From Eledone cirrhosa (taxonomy: Eukaryota), in contig OZ024760.1 in assembly GCA_964016885.1 (NCBI GenBank), positions 31,000,001 to 31,064,000 on the forward strand: a stretch of DNA of 64,000 bases, in the 5' to 3' direction. Every line of letters starts with the position of its first letter. The stretch's first letter is position 1. This document shows, in pieces, positions 15,001 to 30,314 of the stretch. Below the pieces are notes generated by a model, which saw nothing but the letters and a program-made list of their open reading frames with translations, did not search any database and was not told where the DNA came from. The position numbers and the translations under genes are program-made.

Positions 15001-18000
15001 ACATGGTTGGGAAGTATTTTGACAGCTGTCTACCACAACAGCCAGGTACCACATGGATGGGAAATATTTTGACAGCTGTCTAATACAACAGCCAGGTACC
15101 ACATGGTTGGGAAGTATTTTGACAGCTGTCTACTACAACAGAGAGGTACCACATGGGTAGGAAGTATTTTGACAGCTGTCTACTACAACAGCCAGGTACC
15201 TCACAGGTTGGAAGTATTTTGACAGTTGTCTACTACAACAGCCACGTACCACATGGGTGGGAAGTATTTTGACAGCTGTCTACTACAACAGAGAGGTACC
15301 TCACAGGTGGGAAGTATTTTGACAGCTTCCTACTACAACAGCCAGGTACCACATTGTTGGGAAGTATTTTGTCAGCTGTCTACTACAACAGAGAGGTACC
15401 ACATGGGTGGGAAGTATTTTGACAGCTGTCTAATACAACAGCAAGGTACCACATGGATGGGAAGTATTTTGACAGCTGTCTAATACAACAGCCAGGTACC
15501 ACATGGGATTGGAAGTATTTTGACAGCTTCCTAATACAACAGCCAGGTACCACATGGCTGGAAAGTATTTTGACAGCTGTCTACTACAACAGCCAGGTAC
15601 CTCACAGGTGGGAAGTATTTTGACAGCTGTCTACTACAACAGCCAGGTACCACATGGGTGGGAAATAGTTTGACAGCTGTCTACTACAACAGACAGGTTC
15701 CTCACAGGTGGGAAGTATTTTGACAGCTGTCTACTACAACAGCCAGGTACCACATGGATGGGAAGTATTTTGACAGCTGTCTAATACAACAGCCAGGTAC
15801 CACATGGGTGGGAAGTATTTTGACAGCTGTCTACTACAACAAAGAGGTAGATCAAAGGTGGGAAGTATTTTGACAGCTTCCTACTACAACAGAGAGGTAC
15901 CACATTTTTGGGAAGTATTTTGAGAGCTGTCTACTACAACAGAGAGGTACCACATGGTTGGGAAGTATTTTGACAGCTGTCTACTACAACATCCAGGTAC
16001 CACATGGGTGGGAAGTATTTTGACAGCTGTCTATTACAACAGCCAGGTACCACATGGATGGGAAGTATTTTGACAGCTGTCTACAACAGCCAGGAACCAC
16101 ATGGATGGGAAGTATTTTGACAGCTTCCTACTACAACAGCCAGGTACCACATGGGTGGGAAGTATTTTGACAGCTGTCTACTACAACAGAGAGGTACCAC
16201 ATGGCTGGAAAGTATTTTGACAGATGTCTACTACAACAGCCAGTTACCACATGGGTGGGAAGTATTTTGACAGCTGTCTACTACAACAGCCAGCTTCCAC
16301 ATAGGTGGGAAGTATTTTGAAAGCTGTCTACTACAACAGCCAGGTACCTCACAGGTGGGAATTATTTTGACGGCTGTCTACTACAACAGAGAGATACCTC
16401 ACAGGTGGGAAGAATTTTGACAGCTTCCTACTACAACAGCCAGGTACCACATGGTTGGGAAGTATTTTGACAGCTGTCTACTACAACAGCCAGGTACCAC
16501 ATGGGTGGGAAGTATTTTGACAGCTGTCTACTACAACAGCCAGGTACCTCACAGGTTGGAAGTATTTTGACAGCTGTCTACTACAACAGCCAGGTACCAA
16601 ATGGATGGGAAGTATATTGACAGCTGTCTACAACAGCCAGGAACCACATGGATGGGAAGTATTTTGACAGCTTCCTACTACATCAGCCAGGTACCACATG
16701 GGTGGGAATTATTTTGACAGCTGTCTACTACAACAGAGAGGTACCACATGGGTGGGAAGTATTTTGACAGCTTCCTAATACAACAGTCAGGTACCACATG
16801 GCTGGAAAGTATTTTGACAGCTGTCTACTACAACAGCCAGTTACCACATGGTTGGAAAGTATTTTGAAAGCTGTCTAATACAACAGCCAGGTACCATATG
16901 GATGGGAAGTATTTTGACAGCTGTCTACTACAACAGCCAGGTACCACATGGCTGGGAAGTATTTTTACAGCTGTCTACTACAACAGAGAGGTACCACATG
17001 GGTGGGAAGTATTTTGACAGCTGTCTACTACAACAGCCAGGTACCACATGGCTGGGAAGTATTTTTACAGCTGTCTACTACAACATCCAGGTACCACATA
17101 GGTGGGAAGTATTTTGACAGCTGTCTACTACAACAGCCAGGTACCACATGGCTGGGAAGTATTTTTACAGCTGTCTACTACAACATCCAGGTACCACATA
17201 GGTGGGAAGTATTTTGACAGCTGTCTACTACAACAGCGAGGTACAACATAGGGGGGAAGTATTTTGACAGTTGTCTACTACAACATCCAGGTACCACATG
17301 GGTGGGAAGCATTTTGAGAGCTTCCTACTACAACAGCCATGTACCTCACAGGTGGTAAGTATTTTGACGGCTGACTACTACAACAGCCAGGTACCACATG
17401 GTGGGAAATATTTTGACAGCTGTCTAATACAACAGCCAGGTACCACACGGGTGGGAAGTATTTTGACAGCTGTGTACTACAACAGAGAGGTACCTGACAG
17501 GTGGGAAGTATTTTGACAGCTGTCTACTACAACAGCCAGGTACCTCACAGGTAGGAAGTATTTTGACAGCTGTCTATTAGAACAGCCAGGTACCACATGG
17601 CTGGGAAGTATTTTGACAGCTTCCTACTACAACAGCCAGGTACCACATGGTTGGGAAGTATTTTGACAGCTGTCTACTACAACAGCCAGGTACCACATGG
17701 GTGGGAAATATTTTGACAGCTGTCTAATACAACAGCCAGGTACCACATGGGTGGGAAGTATTTTGACAGCTGTCTACTACAACAGAGAGGTACCTCACAG
17801 GTGGGAAGTATTTTGACAGCTTCCTACTACAACAGCCAGGTACCACATGGTTGGGAAGTATTTTGACAGCTGTCTACCACAACAGCCAGGTACCACATGG
17901 ATGGGAAATATTTTGACAGCTGTCTAATACAACAGCCAGGTACCACATGGTTGGGAAGTATTTTGACAGCTGTCTACTACAACAGAGAGGTACCACATGG

Positions 18001-21000
18001 GTAGGAAGTATTTTGACAGCTGTCTACTACAACAGCCAGGTACCTCACAGGTTGGAAGTATTTTGACAGTTGTCTACTACAACAGCCACGTACCACATGG
18101 GTGGGAAGTATTTTGACAGCTGTCTACTACAACAGAGAGGTACCTCACAGGTGGGAAGTATTTTGACAGCTTCCTACTACAACAGCCAGGTACCACATTG
18201 TTGGGAAGTATTTTGTCAGCTGTCTACTACAACAGAGAGGTACCACATGGGTGGGAAGTATTTTGACAGCTGTCTAATACAACAGCAAGGTACCACATGG
18301 ATGGGAAGTATTTTGACAGCTGTCTAATACAACAGCCAGGTACCACATGGGATTGGAAGTATTTTGACAGCTTCCTAATACAACAGCCAGGTACCACATG
18401 GCTGGAAAGTATTTTGACAGCTGTCTACTACAACAGCCAGGTACCTCACAGGTGGGAAGTATTTTGACAGCTGTCTACTACAACAGCCAGGTACCACATG
18501 GGTGGGAAATAGTTTGACAGCTGTCTACTACAACAGACAGGTTCCTCACAGGTGGGAAGTATTTTGACAGCTGTCTACTACAACAGCCAGGTACCACATG
18601 GATGGGAAGTATTTTGACAGCTGTCTAATACAACAGCCAGGTACCACATGGGTGGGAAGTATTTTGACAGCTGTCTACTACAACAGACAGGTTCCTCACA
18701 GGTGGGCAGTATTTTGACAGCTGTCTACTACAACAGCCAGGTACCACATGGATGGGAAGTATTTTGACAGCTGTCTAATACAACAGCCAGGTACCACATG
18801 GGTGGGAAGTATTTTGACAGCTGTCTACTACAACAAAGAGGTAGATCAAAGGTGGGAAGTATTTTGACAGCTTCCTACTACAACAGAGAGGTACCACATT
18901 TTTGGGAAGTATTTTGAGAGCTGTCTACTACAACAGAGAGGTACCACATGGTTGGGAAGTATTTTGACAGCTGTCTACTACAACATCCAGGTACCACATG
19001 GGTGGGAAGTATTTTGACAGCTGTCTATTACAACAGCCAGGTACCACATGGATGGAAAGTATTTTGACAGCTGTCTACAACAGCCAGGAACCACATGGAT
19101 GGGAAGTATTTTGACAGCTTCCTACTACAACAGCCAGGTACCACATGGGTGGGAAGTATTTTGACAGCTGTCTACTACAACAGAGAGGTACCACATGGCT
19201 GGAAAGTATTTTGACAGATGTCTACTACAACAGCCAGTTACCACATGGGTGGGAAGTATTTTGACAGCTGTCTACTACAACAGCCAGCTTCCACATAGGT
19301 GGGAAGTATTTTGAAAGCTGTCTACTACAACAGCCAGGTACCTCACAGGTGGGAATTATTTTGACAGCTGTCTACTACAACAGAGAGATACCTCACAGGT
19401 GGGAAGTATTTTGACAGCTTCCTACTACAACAGCCAGGTACCACATGGTTGGGAAGTATTTTGACAGCTGTCTACTACAACAGCCAGGTACCACATGGGT
19501 GGGAAGTATTTTGACAGCTGTCTACTACAACAGCCAGGTACCACATGGATGGGAAGTATTTTGACAGCTGTCTACAACAGCCAGGAACCACATGGATGGG
19601 AAGTATTTTGACAGCTTCCTACTACATCAGCCAGGTACCACATGGGTGGGAATTATTTTGACAGCTGTCTACTACAACAGAGAGGTACCACATGGGTGGG
19701 AAGTATTTTGACAGCTTCCTAATACAACAGTCAGGTACCACATGGCTGGAAAGTATTTTGACAGCTGTCTACTACAACAGCCAGTTACCACATGGTTGGA
19801 AAGTATTTTGAAAGCTGTCTAATACAACAGCCAGGTACCATATGGATGGGAAGTATTTTGACAGCTGTCTACTACAACAGCCAGGTACCACATTGCTGGG
19901 AAGTATTTTTACAGCTGTCTACTACAACAGAGAGGTACCACATGGGTGGGAAGTATTTTGACAGCTGTCTACTACAACAGCCAGGTACCACATGGCTGGG
20001 AAGTATTTTTACAGCTGTCTACTACAACATCCAGGTACCACATAGGTGGGAAGTATTTTGACAGCTGTCTACTACAAAAGCCAGGTACCACATGGCTGGG
20101 AAGTATTTTTACAGCTGTCTACTACAACATCAAGGTACCACATAGGTGGGAAGTATTTTGACAGCTGTCTACTACAACAGCGAGGTACAACATAGGGGGG
20201 AAGTATTTTGACAGTTGTCTACTACAACATCCAGGTACCACATGGGTGGGAAGCATTTTGAGAGCTTCCTACTACAACAGCCATGTACCTCACAGGTGGT
20301 AAGTATTTTGACGGCTGACTACTACAACAGCCAGGTACCACATGGTGGGAAATATTTTGACAGATGTCTAATACAACAGCCAGGTACCACACGGGTGGGA
20401 AGTATTTTGACAGCTGTGTACTACAACAGAGAGGTACCTGACAGGTGGGAAGTATTTTGACAGCTGTCTACTACAACAGCCAGGAACCTCACAGGTAGGA
20501 AGTATTTTGACAGCTGTCTATTAGAACAGCCAGGTACCACATGGCTGGGAAGTATTTTGACAGCTTCCTACTACAACAGCCAGGTACCTCACAGGTTGGA
20601 AGTATTTTGACTGCTGTCTACTACAACAGCCAGGTACCACATGGGTGGGAAGTATTTTGACAGCTGTCTACTACAACAGCCAGGTACCACATGGGTGGGA
20701 AATATTTTGACAGCTGTCTAATACAACAGCCAGGTACCACATGGGTGGGAAGTATTTTGACAGCTGTCTACTACAACAGAGAGGTACCTCACAGGTGGGA
20801 AGTATTTTGACAGCTTCCTACTACAACAGCCAGGTACCACATGGTTGGGAAGTATTTTGACAGCTGTCTACCACAACAGCCAGGTACCACATGGATGGGA
20901 AATATTTTGACAGCTGTCTAATACAACAGCCAGGTACCACATGGTTGGGAAGTATTTTGACAGCTTCCTACTACAACAGCCAGGTACCACATGGTTGGGA

Positions 21001-24000
21001 AGTATTTTGACAGCTGTCTACTACAACAGCCAGGTACCACATGGGTGGGAAATATTTTGACAGCTGTCTAATACAACAGCCAGGTACCACATGGGTGGGA
21101 AGTATTTTGACAGCTGTCTACTACAACAGAGAGGTACCTCACAGGTGGGAAGTATTTTGACAGCTTCCTACTACAACAGCCAGGTACCACATGGTTGGGA
21201 AGTATTTTGACAGCTGTCTACCACAACAGCCAGGTACCACATGGATGGGAAATATTTTGACAGCTGTCTAATACAACAGCCAGGTACCACATGGTTGGGA
21301 AGTATTTTGACAGCTGTCTACTACAACAGAGAGGTACCACATGGGTAGGAAGTATTTTGACAGCTGTCTACTACAACAGCCAGGTACCTCACAGGTTGGA
21401 AGTATTTTGACAGTTGTCTACTACAACAGCCACGTACCACATGGGTGGGAAGTATTTTGACAGCTGTCTACTACAACAGAGAGGTACCTCACAGGTGGGA
21501 AGTATTTTGACAGCTTCCTACTACAACAGCCAGGTACCACATTGTTGGGAAGTATTTTGTCAGCTGTCTACTACAACAGAGAGGTACCACATGGGTGGGA
21601 AGTATTTTGACAGCTGTCTAATACAACAGCAAGGTACCACATGGATGGGAAGTATTTTGACAGCTGTCTAATACAACAGCCAGGTACCACATGGGATTGG
21701 AAGTATTTTGACAGCTTCCTAATACAACAGCCAGGTACCACATGGCTGGAAAGTATTTTGACAGCTGTCTACTACAACAGCCAGGTACCTCACAGGTGGG
21801 AAGTATTTTGACAGCTGTCTACTACAACAGCCAGGTACCACATGGGTGGGAAATAGTTTGACAGCTGTCTACTACAACAGACAGGTTCCTCACAGGTGGG
21901 AAGTATTTTGACAGCTGTCTACTACAACAGCCAGGTACCACATGGATGGGAAGTATTTTGACAGCTGTCTAATACAACAGCCAGGTACCACATGGGTGGG
22001 AAGTATTTTGACAGCTGTCTACTACAACAGACAGGTTCCTCACAGGTGGGCAGTATTTTGACAGCTGTCTACTACAACAGCCAGGTACCACATGGATGGG
22101 AAGTATTTTGACAGCTGTCTAATACAACAGCCAGGTACCACATGGGTGGGAAGTATTTTGACAGCTGTCTACTACAACAAAGAGGTAGATCAAAGGTGGG
22201 AAGTATTTTGACAGCTTCCTACTACAACAGAGAGGTACCACATTTTTGGGAAGTATTTTGAGAGCTGTCTACTACAACAGAGAGGTACCACATGGTTGGG
22301 AAGTATTTTGACAGCTGTCTACTACAACATCCAGGTACCACATGGGTGGGAAGTATTTTGACAGCTGTCTATTACAACAGCCAGGTACCACATGGATGGA
22401 AAGTATTTTGACAGCTGTCTACAACAGCCAGGAACCACATGGATGGGAAGTATTTTGACAGCTTCCTACTACAACAGCCAGGTACCACATGGGTGGGAAG
22501 TATTTTGACAGCTGTCTACTACAACAGAGAGGTACCACATGGCTGGAAAGTATTTTGACAGATGTCTACTACAACAGCCAGTTACCACATGGGTGGGAAG
22601 TATTTTGACAGCTGTCTACTACAACAGCCAGCTTCCACATAGGTGGGAAGTATTTTGAAAGCTGTCTACTACAACAGCCAGGTACCTCACAGGTGGGAAT
22701 TATTTTGACAGCTGTCTACTACAACAGAGAGATACCTCACAGGTGGGAAGTATTTTGACAGCTTCCTACTACAACAGCCAGGTACCACATGGTTGGGAAG
22801 TATTTTGACAGCTGTCTACTACAACAGCCAGGTACCACATGGGTGGGAAGTATTTTGACAGCTGTCTACTACAACAGCCAGGTACCACATGGATGGGAAG
22901 TATTTTGACAGCTGTCTACAACAGCCAGGAACCACATGGATGGGAAGTATTTTGACAGCTTCCTACTACATCAGCCAGGTACCACATGGGTGGGAATTAT
23001 TTTGACAGCTGTCTACTACAACAGAGAGGTACCACATGGGTGGGAAGTATTTTGACAGCTTCCTAATACAACAGTCAGGTACCACATGGCTGGAAAGTAT
23101 TTTGACAGCTGTCTACTACAACAGCCAGTTACCACATGGTTGGAAAGTATTTTGAAAGCTGTCTAATACAACAGCCAGGTACCATATGGATGGGAAGTAT
23201 TTTGACAGCTGTCTACTACAACAGCCAGGTACCACATTGCTGGGAAGTATTTTTACAGCTGTCTACTACAACAGAGAGGTACCACATGGGTGGGAAGTAT
23301 TTTGACAGCTGTCTACTACAACAGCCAGGTACCACATGGCTGGGAAGTATTTTTACAGCTGTCTACTACAACATCCAGGTACCACATAGGTGGGAAGTAT
23401 TTTGACAGCTGTCTACTACAAAAGCCAGGTACCACATGGCTGGGAAGTATTTTTACAGCTGTCTACTACAACATCAAGGTACCACATAGGTGGGAAGTAT
23501 TTTGACAGCTGTCTACTACAACAGCGAGGTACAACATAGGGGGGAAGTATTTTGACAGTTGTCTACTACAACATCCAGGTACCACATGGGTGGGAAGCAT
23601 TTTGAGAGCTTCCTACTACAACAGCCATGTACCTCACAGGTGGTAAGTATTTTGACGGCTGACTACTACAACAGCCAGGTACCACATGGTGGGAAATATT
23701 TTGACAGATGTCTAATACAACAGCCAGGTACCACACGGGTGGGAAGTATTTTGACAGCTGTGTACTACAACAGAGAGGTACCTGACAGGTGGGAAGTATT
23801 TTGACAGCTGTCTACTACAACAGCCAGGAACCTCACAGGTAGGAAGTATTTTGACAGCTGTCTATTAGAACAGCCAGGTACCACATGGCTGGGAAGTATT
23901 TTGACAGCTTCCTACTACAACAGCCAGGTACCTCACAGGTTGGAAGTATTTTGACTGCTGTCTACTACAACAGCCAGGTACCACATGGGTGGGAAGTATT

Positions 24001-25531
24001 TTGACAGCTGTCTACTACAACAGAGAGGTACCACATGGGTGGGAAGTATTTTGACAGCTTCCTAATACAACAGCCAGGTACCACATGGCTGGAAAGTATA
24101 TTGACAGCTGTCTACTACAACAGCCAGTTACCACATGGGTGGTAAGTATTTTGACAGTTGTCTACTACAACAGAGAGATACCTCACAGGTGGGAAGTATT
24201 TTGACAGCTTCCTACTACAACAGCCAGGTACCACATGGTTGGGAAGTATTTTGAAAGCTGTCTACTACAACAGAGAGGTACCACATGGGTGGGAAGTATT
24301 TTGACAGCTGTCTACTACAACAGCCAGGTACCACATGGATGGGAAGTATTTTGACAGCTGTCTACTACAACAGCCAGGTACCTCACAGGTGGGAAGTATT
24401 TTGACAGCTGTCTACTACAGCAGAGAGGTACCACATGGGTGTGAAGTATTTTGCCAGCTGTCTACCACAACAGCCGGGTAACACATGGGTGGGAAGTATT
24501 TTGACAGCTGTTTACTACAACAGAGGTACCCAATGGGTGGGAAGTATTTTGACAGCTGTCTACTACAACAGCCAGGTACCTCACAGCTGGGAATTATTTT
24601 GACAGCTCTCTACTACAACAGCCAGGTACCACATGGGTGGTGAGTATTATGACAGGTGTCTTCTACAATAGACAGGCACCTCACAGGTGGGAAGTATTTT
24701 GACAGCTGTCTATTAGAACAGCCAGGTACCACATGGCTGGGAAGTATTTTGACAGCTTCCTACTACAACAGCCAGGTACCACACATGTGGGAAGTATTAT
24801 GACAGCTGTCTACTACAACAGCCATGTACCTCACAGGTGGGAAGTATTTTCATAGCTTCCTACTACAACAGCCAGGTACCACACATGTGGGAAGTATTAT
24901 GACAGCTGTCTACTACAACAGCCATGTACCTCACAGGTGGGAAGTATTTTCATAGCTTCCTACTACAACAGCCAGGTACCACATAGGTGGGAAGTATTTT
25001 GATAGCTGTCTACCATAACAGCAATGTACCACATGGATGGGAAGTATTTTGATAGCTCTCTACTACCACAGTTGGGTACGACATGGGTGGGAAGTATTTT
25101 GAAAGCTTCCTACTACAACAGCCAGGTACCACATGGGTGGGAAGTATTTTGATAGCTGTCTACCACAACAGCAATGTACCACATGAATGGGAAGTATTTT
25201 GACAGCTCTCTACTACCACAGTTGGGTACGACATGGGTGGGAAGTATTTTGACAGCTTCCTACTACAACAGCCACGTACCACATGGGTGGGAAGTATTTT
25301 GACAGCTATCTACTTCAACAGCCATGTACCTCACAGGTGGGAAATATTTTGATAGCTGTCTACTACAACAGCCAGGTACCTCACAGGTGGGAATTATTTT
25401 GAAAGCTGTCTACTACAACAGCCAGGTACCTCACAGGTGGGAATTATTTTGACAGTTGTCTACTACAACAGCCGGGTACCACATGGGTGGGGAGTATTTT
25501 GAGAGCTGTCTACTACAACAGACAGGTTCCT
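1..25531. repeat. 50-bp satellite (Sat50) array, ~510 monomers, with higher-order repeats; runs off the left edge
   Basis: Consensus GGTACCACATGGGTGGGAAGTATTTTGACAGCTGTCTACTACAACAGCCA repeated head-to-tail, with occasional 47-51 bp variants. Diagnostic variant monomers recur at 2844-3344 bp spacing. Confidence 0.98.
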
Positions 25532-28073
25532 AACACCACTACTACTTTACAGAGTGTACTGGGTGTATTTTATTGTGGTAGCACCACTACCACTTTACAG
25601 AGTGTACTGGGTGTATATAATTGTGGCAACACTACCACCACTTTACAGAGTGTACTGGGTGTATTTTATTGTGGCACCACCACTACCACTATACAGTGTG
25701 TACTGGGTGTATTTTATTGTGGTAGGACCACTACCACTTTATAGAGTGTACTGGGTGTATTTTATTGTGGCAACACCACTACCACTTTACAGAGTGTACT
25801 GGGTGTATTTTATTGTGGCAACACTACTACCACTTTACAGAGTGTACTGGGTGTATTTTATTGTGGCAACACTACTAACACTTTACAGAGTGTACTGGGT
25901 GTATTTTATTGTGGCAACACCACTACCACTTTACAGAGTGTACTGGGTGTATTTTATTGTGGCACCACCACTACCACTATTTTACAGAGTGTACTGGGTG
26001 TATTTTTTTGTGGCAACACCACTACCACCACTTTACAGAGTGTACTGGGTGTATTTTACTGTGGCAACACCACTACCACTTTACAGAGTGTACTGGGTGT
26101 ATTTTATTGTTGCAACACTACCACCACTTTACAGAGTGTACTGGGTGTATTTTATTGTGGCAACACGACTACCACTTTACAGAGTGTACTGGGTGTATTT
26201 TATTGTGGCAACACTACTACCACTTTACAGAGTGTACTGTGTGTATTTTATTGTGGCAACACTACTACCACTTTACAGAGTGTACTGGGTGTATTTTATT
26301 GTGGCAACACCACTACCACCTTACAGAGTGTACTGGGTGTATTTTATTGTGGCACCACCACTACCACTACTTTACAGAGTGTACTGGGTGTATTTTATTG
26401 TGGCAACGCCACTACCACCATATCACAGAGTGTACTGGGTGTATTTTACTGTGGCAACACCACTACAACTTTACAGAGTGTACTGGGTGTATTTTATTGT
26501 TGCAACACTACCACCACTTTACAGAGTGTACTAGGTGTATTTTATTGTGGCAACACTACCACCACTTTACAGAGTGTACTAGGTGTATTTTATTGTGGCA
26601 ACACTACCACTACTTTACAGTGTGTACTGGGTGTATTTTATTGTGGCAACACTACTACCACTTTACAGAGTATACTGGGTGTATTTTATTGTGGCAACAC
26701 CACTACCACTTTACAGAGTGTACTGGGTGTATTTTATTGTGGCAACACTACCACTTTACAGAGTGTACTGGGTGTATTTTATTGTAGCAACACCACTACC
26801 ACTTTACAGAGTGTACTGGGTGTATTTTATTGTGGCAACATTACCACCAATTTACAGAGTGTACTGGGTGTATTTTATTGTGGTAGCACCACTACCACCA
26901 CTTTACAGAGTGTACTGGGTGTATTTTATTGTGGTAGCACCACTACCACTTTACAGAGTGTACTGGGTGTATTTTATTGTGGCAACACCACTACCACTTT
27001 ACAGAGTGTACTGGGTGTATTTTATTGTGGCAACACCACCACTTTACAGAGTGTACTGGGTGTATTTTATTGTAGCAACACCACTACCACTTTACAGAGT
27101 GTACTGGGTGTATTTTATTGTGGCAACAGTACCACCACTTTACAGAGTGTACTGGGTGTATTTTATTGTGGTAGCACCACTACCACCACTTTACAGAGTG
27201 TACTGGGTGTATTTTATTGTGGTAGCACCACTACCACTTTACAGAGTGTACTGGGTGTATTTTATTGTGGCAACACTACCACCACTTTACAGAGTGTACT
27301 AGGTGTATTTTATTGTGGCAACACTACCACCACTTTACAGAGTGTACTAGGTGTATTTTATTGTGGCAACACTACCACTACTTTACAGTGTGTACTGGGT
27401 GTATTTTATTGTGGCAACACTACTACCACTTTACAGAGTATACTGGGTGTATTTTATTGTGGCAACACCACTACCACTTTACAGAGTGTACTGGGTGTAT
27501 TTTATTGTGGCAACACTACCACTTTACAGAGTGTACTGGGTGTATTTTATTGTAGCAACACCACTACCACTTTACAGAGTGTACTGGGTGTATTTTATTG
27601 TGGCAACACTACCACCAATTTACAGAGTGTACTGGGTGTATTTTATTGTGGTAGCACCACTACCACCACTTTACAGAGTGTACTGGGTGTATTTTATTGT
27701 GGTAGCACCACTACCACTTTACAGAGTGTACTGGGTGTATTTTATTGTGGCAACACCACTACCACTTTACAGAGTGTACTGGGTGTATTTTATTGTGGCA
27801 ACACCACCACTTTACAGAGTGTACTGGGTGTATTTTATTGTAGCAACACCACTACCACTTTACAGAGTGTACTGGGTGTATTTTATTGTGGCAACACTAC
27901 CACCACTTTACAGACTGTACTGGGTGTATTTTATTGTGGTAGCACCACTACCACCACTTTACAGAGTGTACTGGGTGTATTTTATTGTGGTAGCACCACT
28001 ACCACTTTACAGAGTGTACTGGGTGTATTTTATTGTGGCAACACCACTACCACTTTACAGAGTGTACTGGGTG
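25532..28073. repeat. 48-bp satellite (Sat48) array
   Basis: Consensus GGCAACACCACTACCACTTTACAGAGTGTACTGGGTGTATTTTATTGT. Length variants come from CAC/CTA triplet slippage. There is an internal 768-bp (16-mer) duplication, seen as near-identical ORFs at 26583 and 27351. Confidence 0.97.
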
Positions 28074-28130
28074 CAGATGCTTTTTGTTTTCATGGCATCA
28101 TGACATACACTTGAAGAAGAAAAATATGAC

Positions 28131-29222
28131 TGGAGGGGAAGAAGACAGGAGGGGGAGAAGAAGACAGGCGAGAGAACAAGAGAGGAGGGGGAGAACAAGA
28201 CAGGAGGGGGAGAAGACAGGGGGGAACAAGAGAGGAGGGGGGAGAAGACAGGAGGAGGAGAAAAAGAGAGGAGGGGGAGAACAAGACAGGAGGGGGAGAA
28301 CAAGACAGGAGGGTGGAGAACAAGACAGAGGGGGGTAGAAGAGAGGAGTGGGGAGAACAAGACAGGGGAGGTAGAAGAAGGCCCAGGGGGGTAGAACAAG
28401 AGAGGAGGGGGGAGAACAAGACAGGAGGGTGGAAAACAAGACGAGGGGCGGATAGAACAAGAGAGGAGGGGGAGAACAAGACAGAGAGGGGTAGAACCAG
28501 AGAGGAGGGGGTAGAAGAAGACAGAGGGGTAGAACAAGAGAGGAGGGGGGAGAAGAAGACAGAGGGGGGTAGAACAAGAGGGGAGGGGGGGAACAAGACA
28601 GGAGGGTGGAGAACAAGACAGCGGGGGGTAGAACAAGAGAGGAGGGGGGAGAACAAGACAGGAGGGTGGAAAACAAGACGGGTGGAGGTAGAACAAGAGA
28701 GGAGGGGGCAGAACAAGACAGCAGGGTGGAGAACAAGGCAGAGGGGGGTAGAACAAGAGAAGAGGGGGAAGAACAAGACAGGAGGGTGGAGAACATGACA
28801 GAGAGGGGTAGAACAAGAGAGGAGGGGGGAGAACAAGACAGGAGGGTGGAGAACAAGACAGGGGGTGGGTAGAACAAGAGAGGAGGGGGAAGAACATGAC
28901 AGAGAGGGGTAAAACAACAGAGGAGGGGGGAGAACAAGACAGGAGGGTGGAGAACAAGACAGGGGGGGTAGAACAAGTGAGGAGGGGGGTAGAACAAGAG
29001 AGGAGGGGGGAGAAGAAGACAGGAGGGGCGAGAAGTAGACAGAGGGGGTAGAACAAGAGAGGAGGGGGAAGAACAAGACAGGAGGGTGGAGAACAAGACA
29101 GGGGGGGTAGAACAAGAGAGGAGGGTGGAGAACAAGACAGAGGGGGGTAGAACAAGAGAGGAGGGGGGAGAAGAAGACAGGAGGGTGGAGAACAAGAGAG
29201 GAGGGGGGGAGAAGAAGACAGA
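28131..29222. repeat. Polypurine (GA-rich) minisatellite, ~20-22 bp unit AGAACAAGA(C/G)AGGAGGGGG(T/A), copy A
   Basis: The + strand is almost all purine, with recurring AGAACAAGAC/GAG cores separated by G runs. A paralogous array lies at 55439-56691. Confidence 0.95.
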
Positions 29223-29462
29223 AGTCAATTGTACAAATATGATATGGACTTTTATTTTCAAAGTAAACCAGAATACCCTTCATCCTGACTCTAGTTTTGC
29301 TCTCTTTTCCCTTCCTCTCCATGTCTGATGAGAAGGAAAAGTCTAAAAAGAGGGGGGAAGGGGTCCAATGTCAACAACAGAATTACTTCAGCATCATAGG
29401 TATTCAGTGATTATCAACATTGTCCTCATTACTGTAATTATTGTTATTGTTATTATTATTAC

Positions 29463-30170
<708 letters not shown>

Positions 30171-30200
30171 CAGTCTATACAGTTGAAGTATAAGGACGTG
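30171..30200 (+). promoter_or_regulatory. Possible LINE internal Pol II promoter (CAGT Inr-like plus GGACGTG DPE-like)
   Basis: CAGT sits at the insertion edge and GGACGTG at 30194-30200 matches the RGWCGTG DPE motif of jockey/I-type LINE promoters. The spacing is about 5 nt shorter than canonical. Confidence 0.35.
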
Positions 30201-30314
30201 TTTTTACTTCTCTCCCCGAGTAAGCAGCAAGTCACACAGCCACAAAACAAAACCACAAAACAAAACCAAACAAACAAAAATTGACCGGTTAATACATTTA
30301 CATACATCTATAAT

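Noticed and set aside
49-23804. Short ORFs in Sat50 (MGGKYFDSCLLQQ...)
   Set aside because: These are frame-cycling translations of a 50-bp unit and appear only where a variant removes the TGA.
1-28073. CRISPR-like regular repeats
   Set aside because: Monomers are head-to-tail with no unique spacers, there are no cas genes, and the context is eukaryotic.
25487-28103. Long ORFs in Sat48 (YRVYWVYFIVATPLPL; also the HFTECTGC metal-binding-like frame), repeated at 45-55 kb
   Set aside because: The unit is a multiple of 3 and stop-free in all three + frames. Triplet indels are explained by CAC/CTA slippage, and there is no gene context.
29325-29345. CTGATGAG...GAAA hammerhead-like core (also near 56795)
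   Set aside because: No stem II can form between CTGATGA and GAAA, and there is no stem I pairing.
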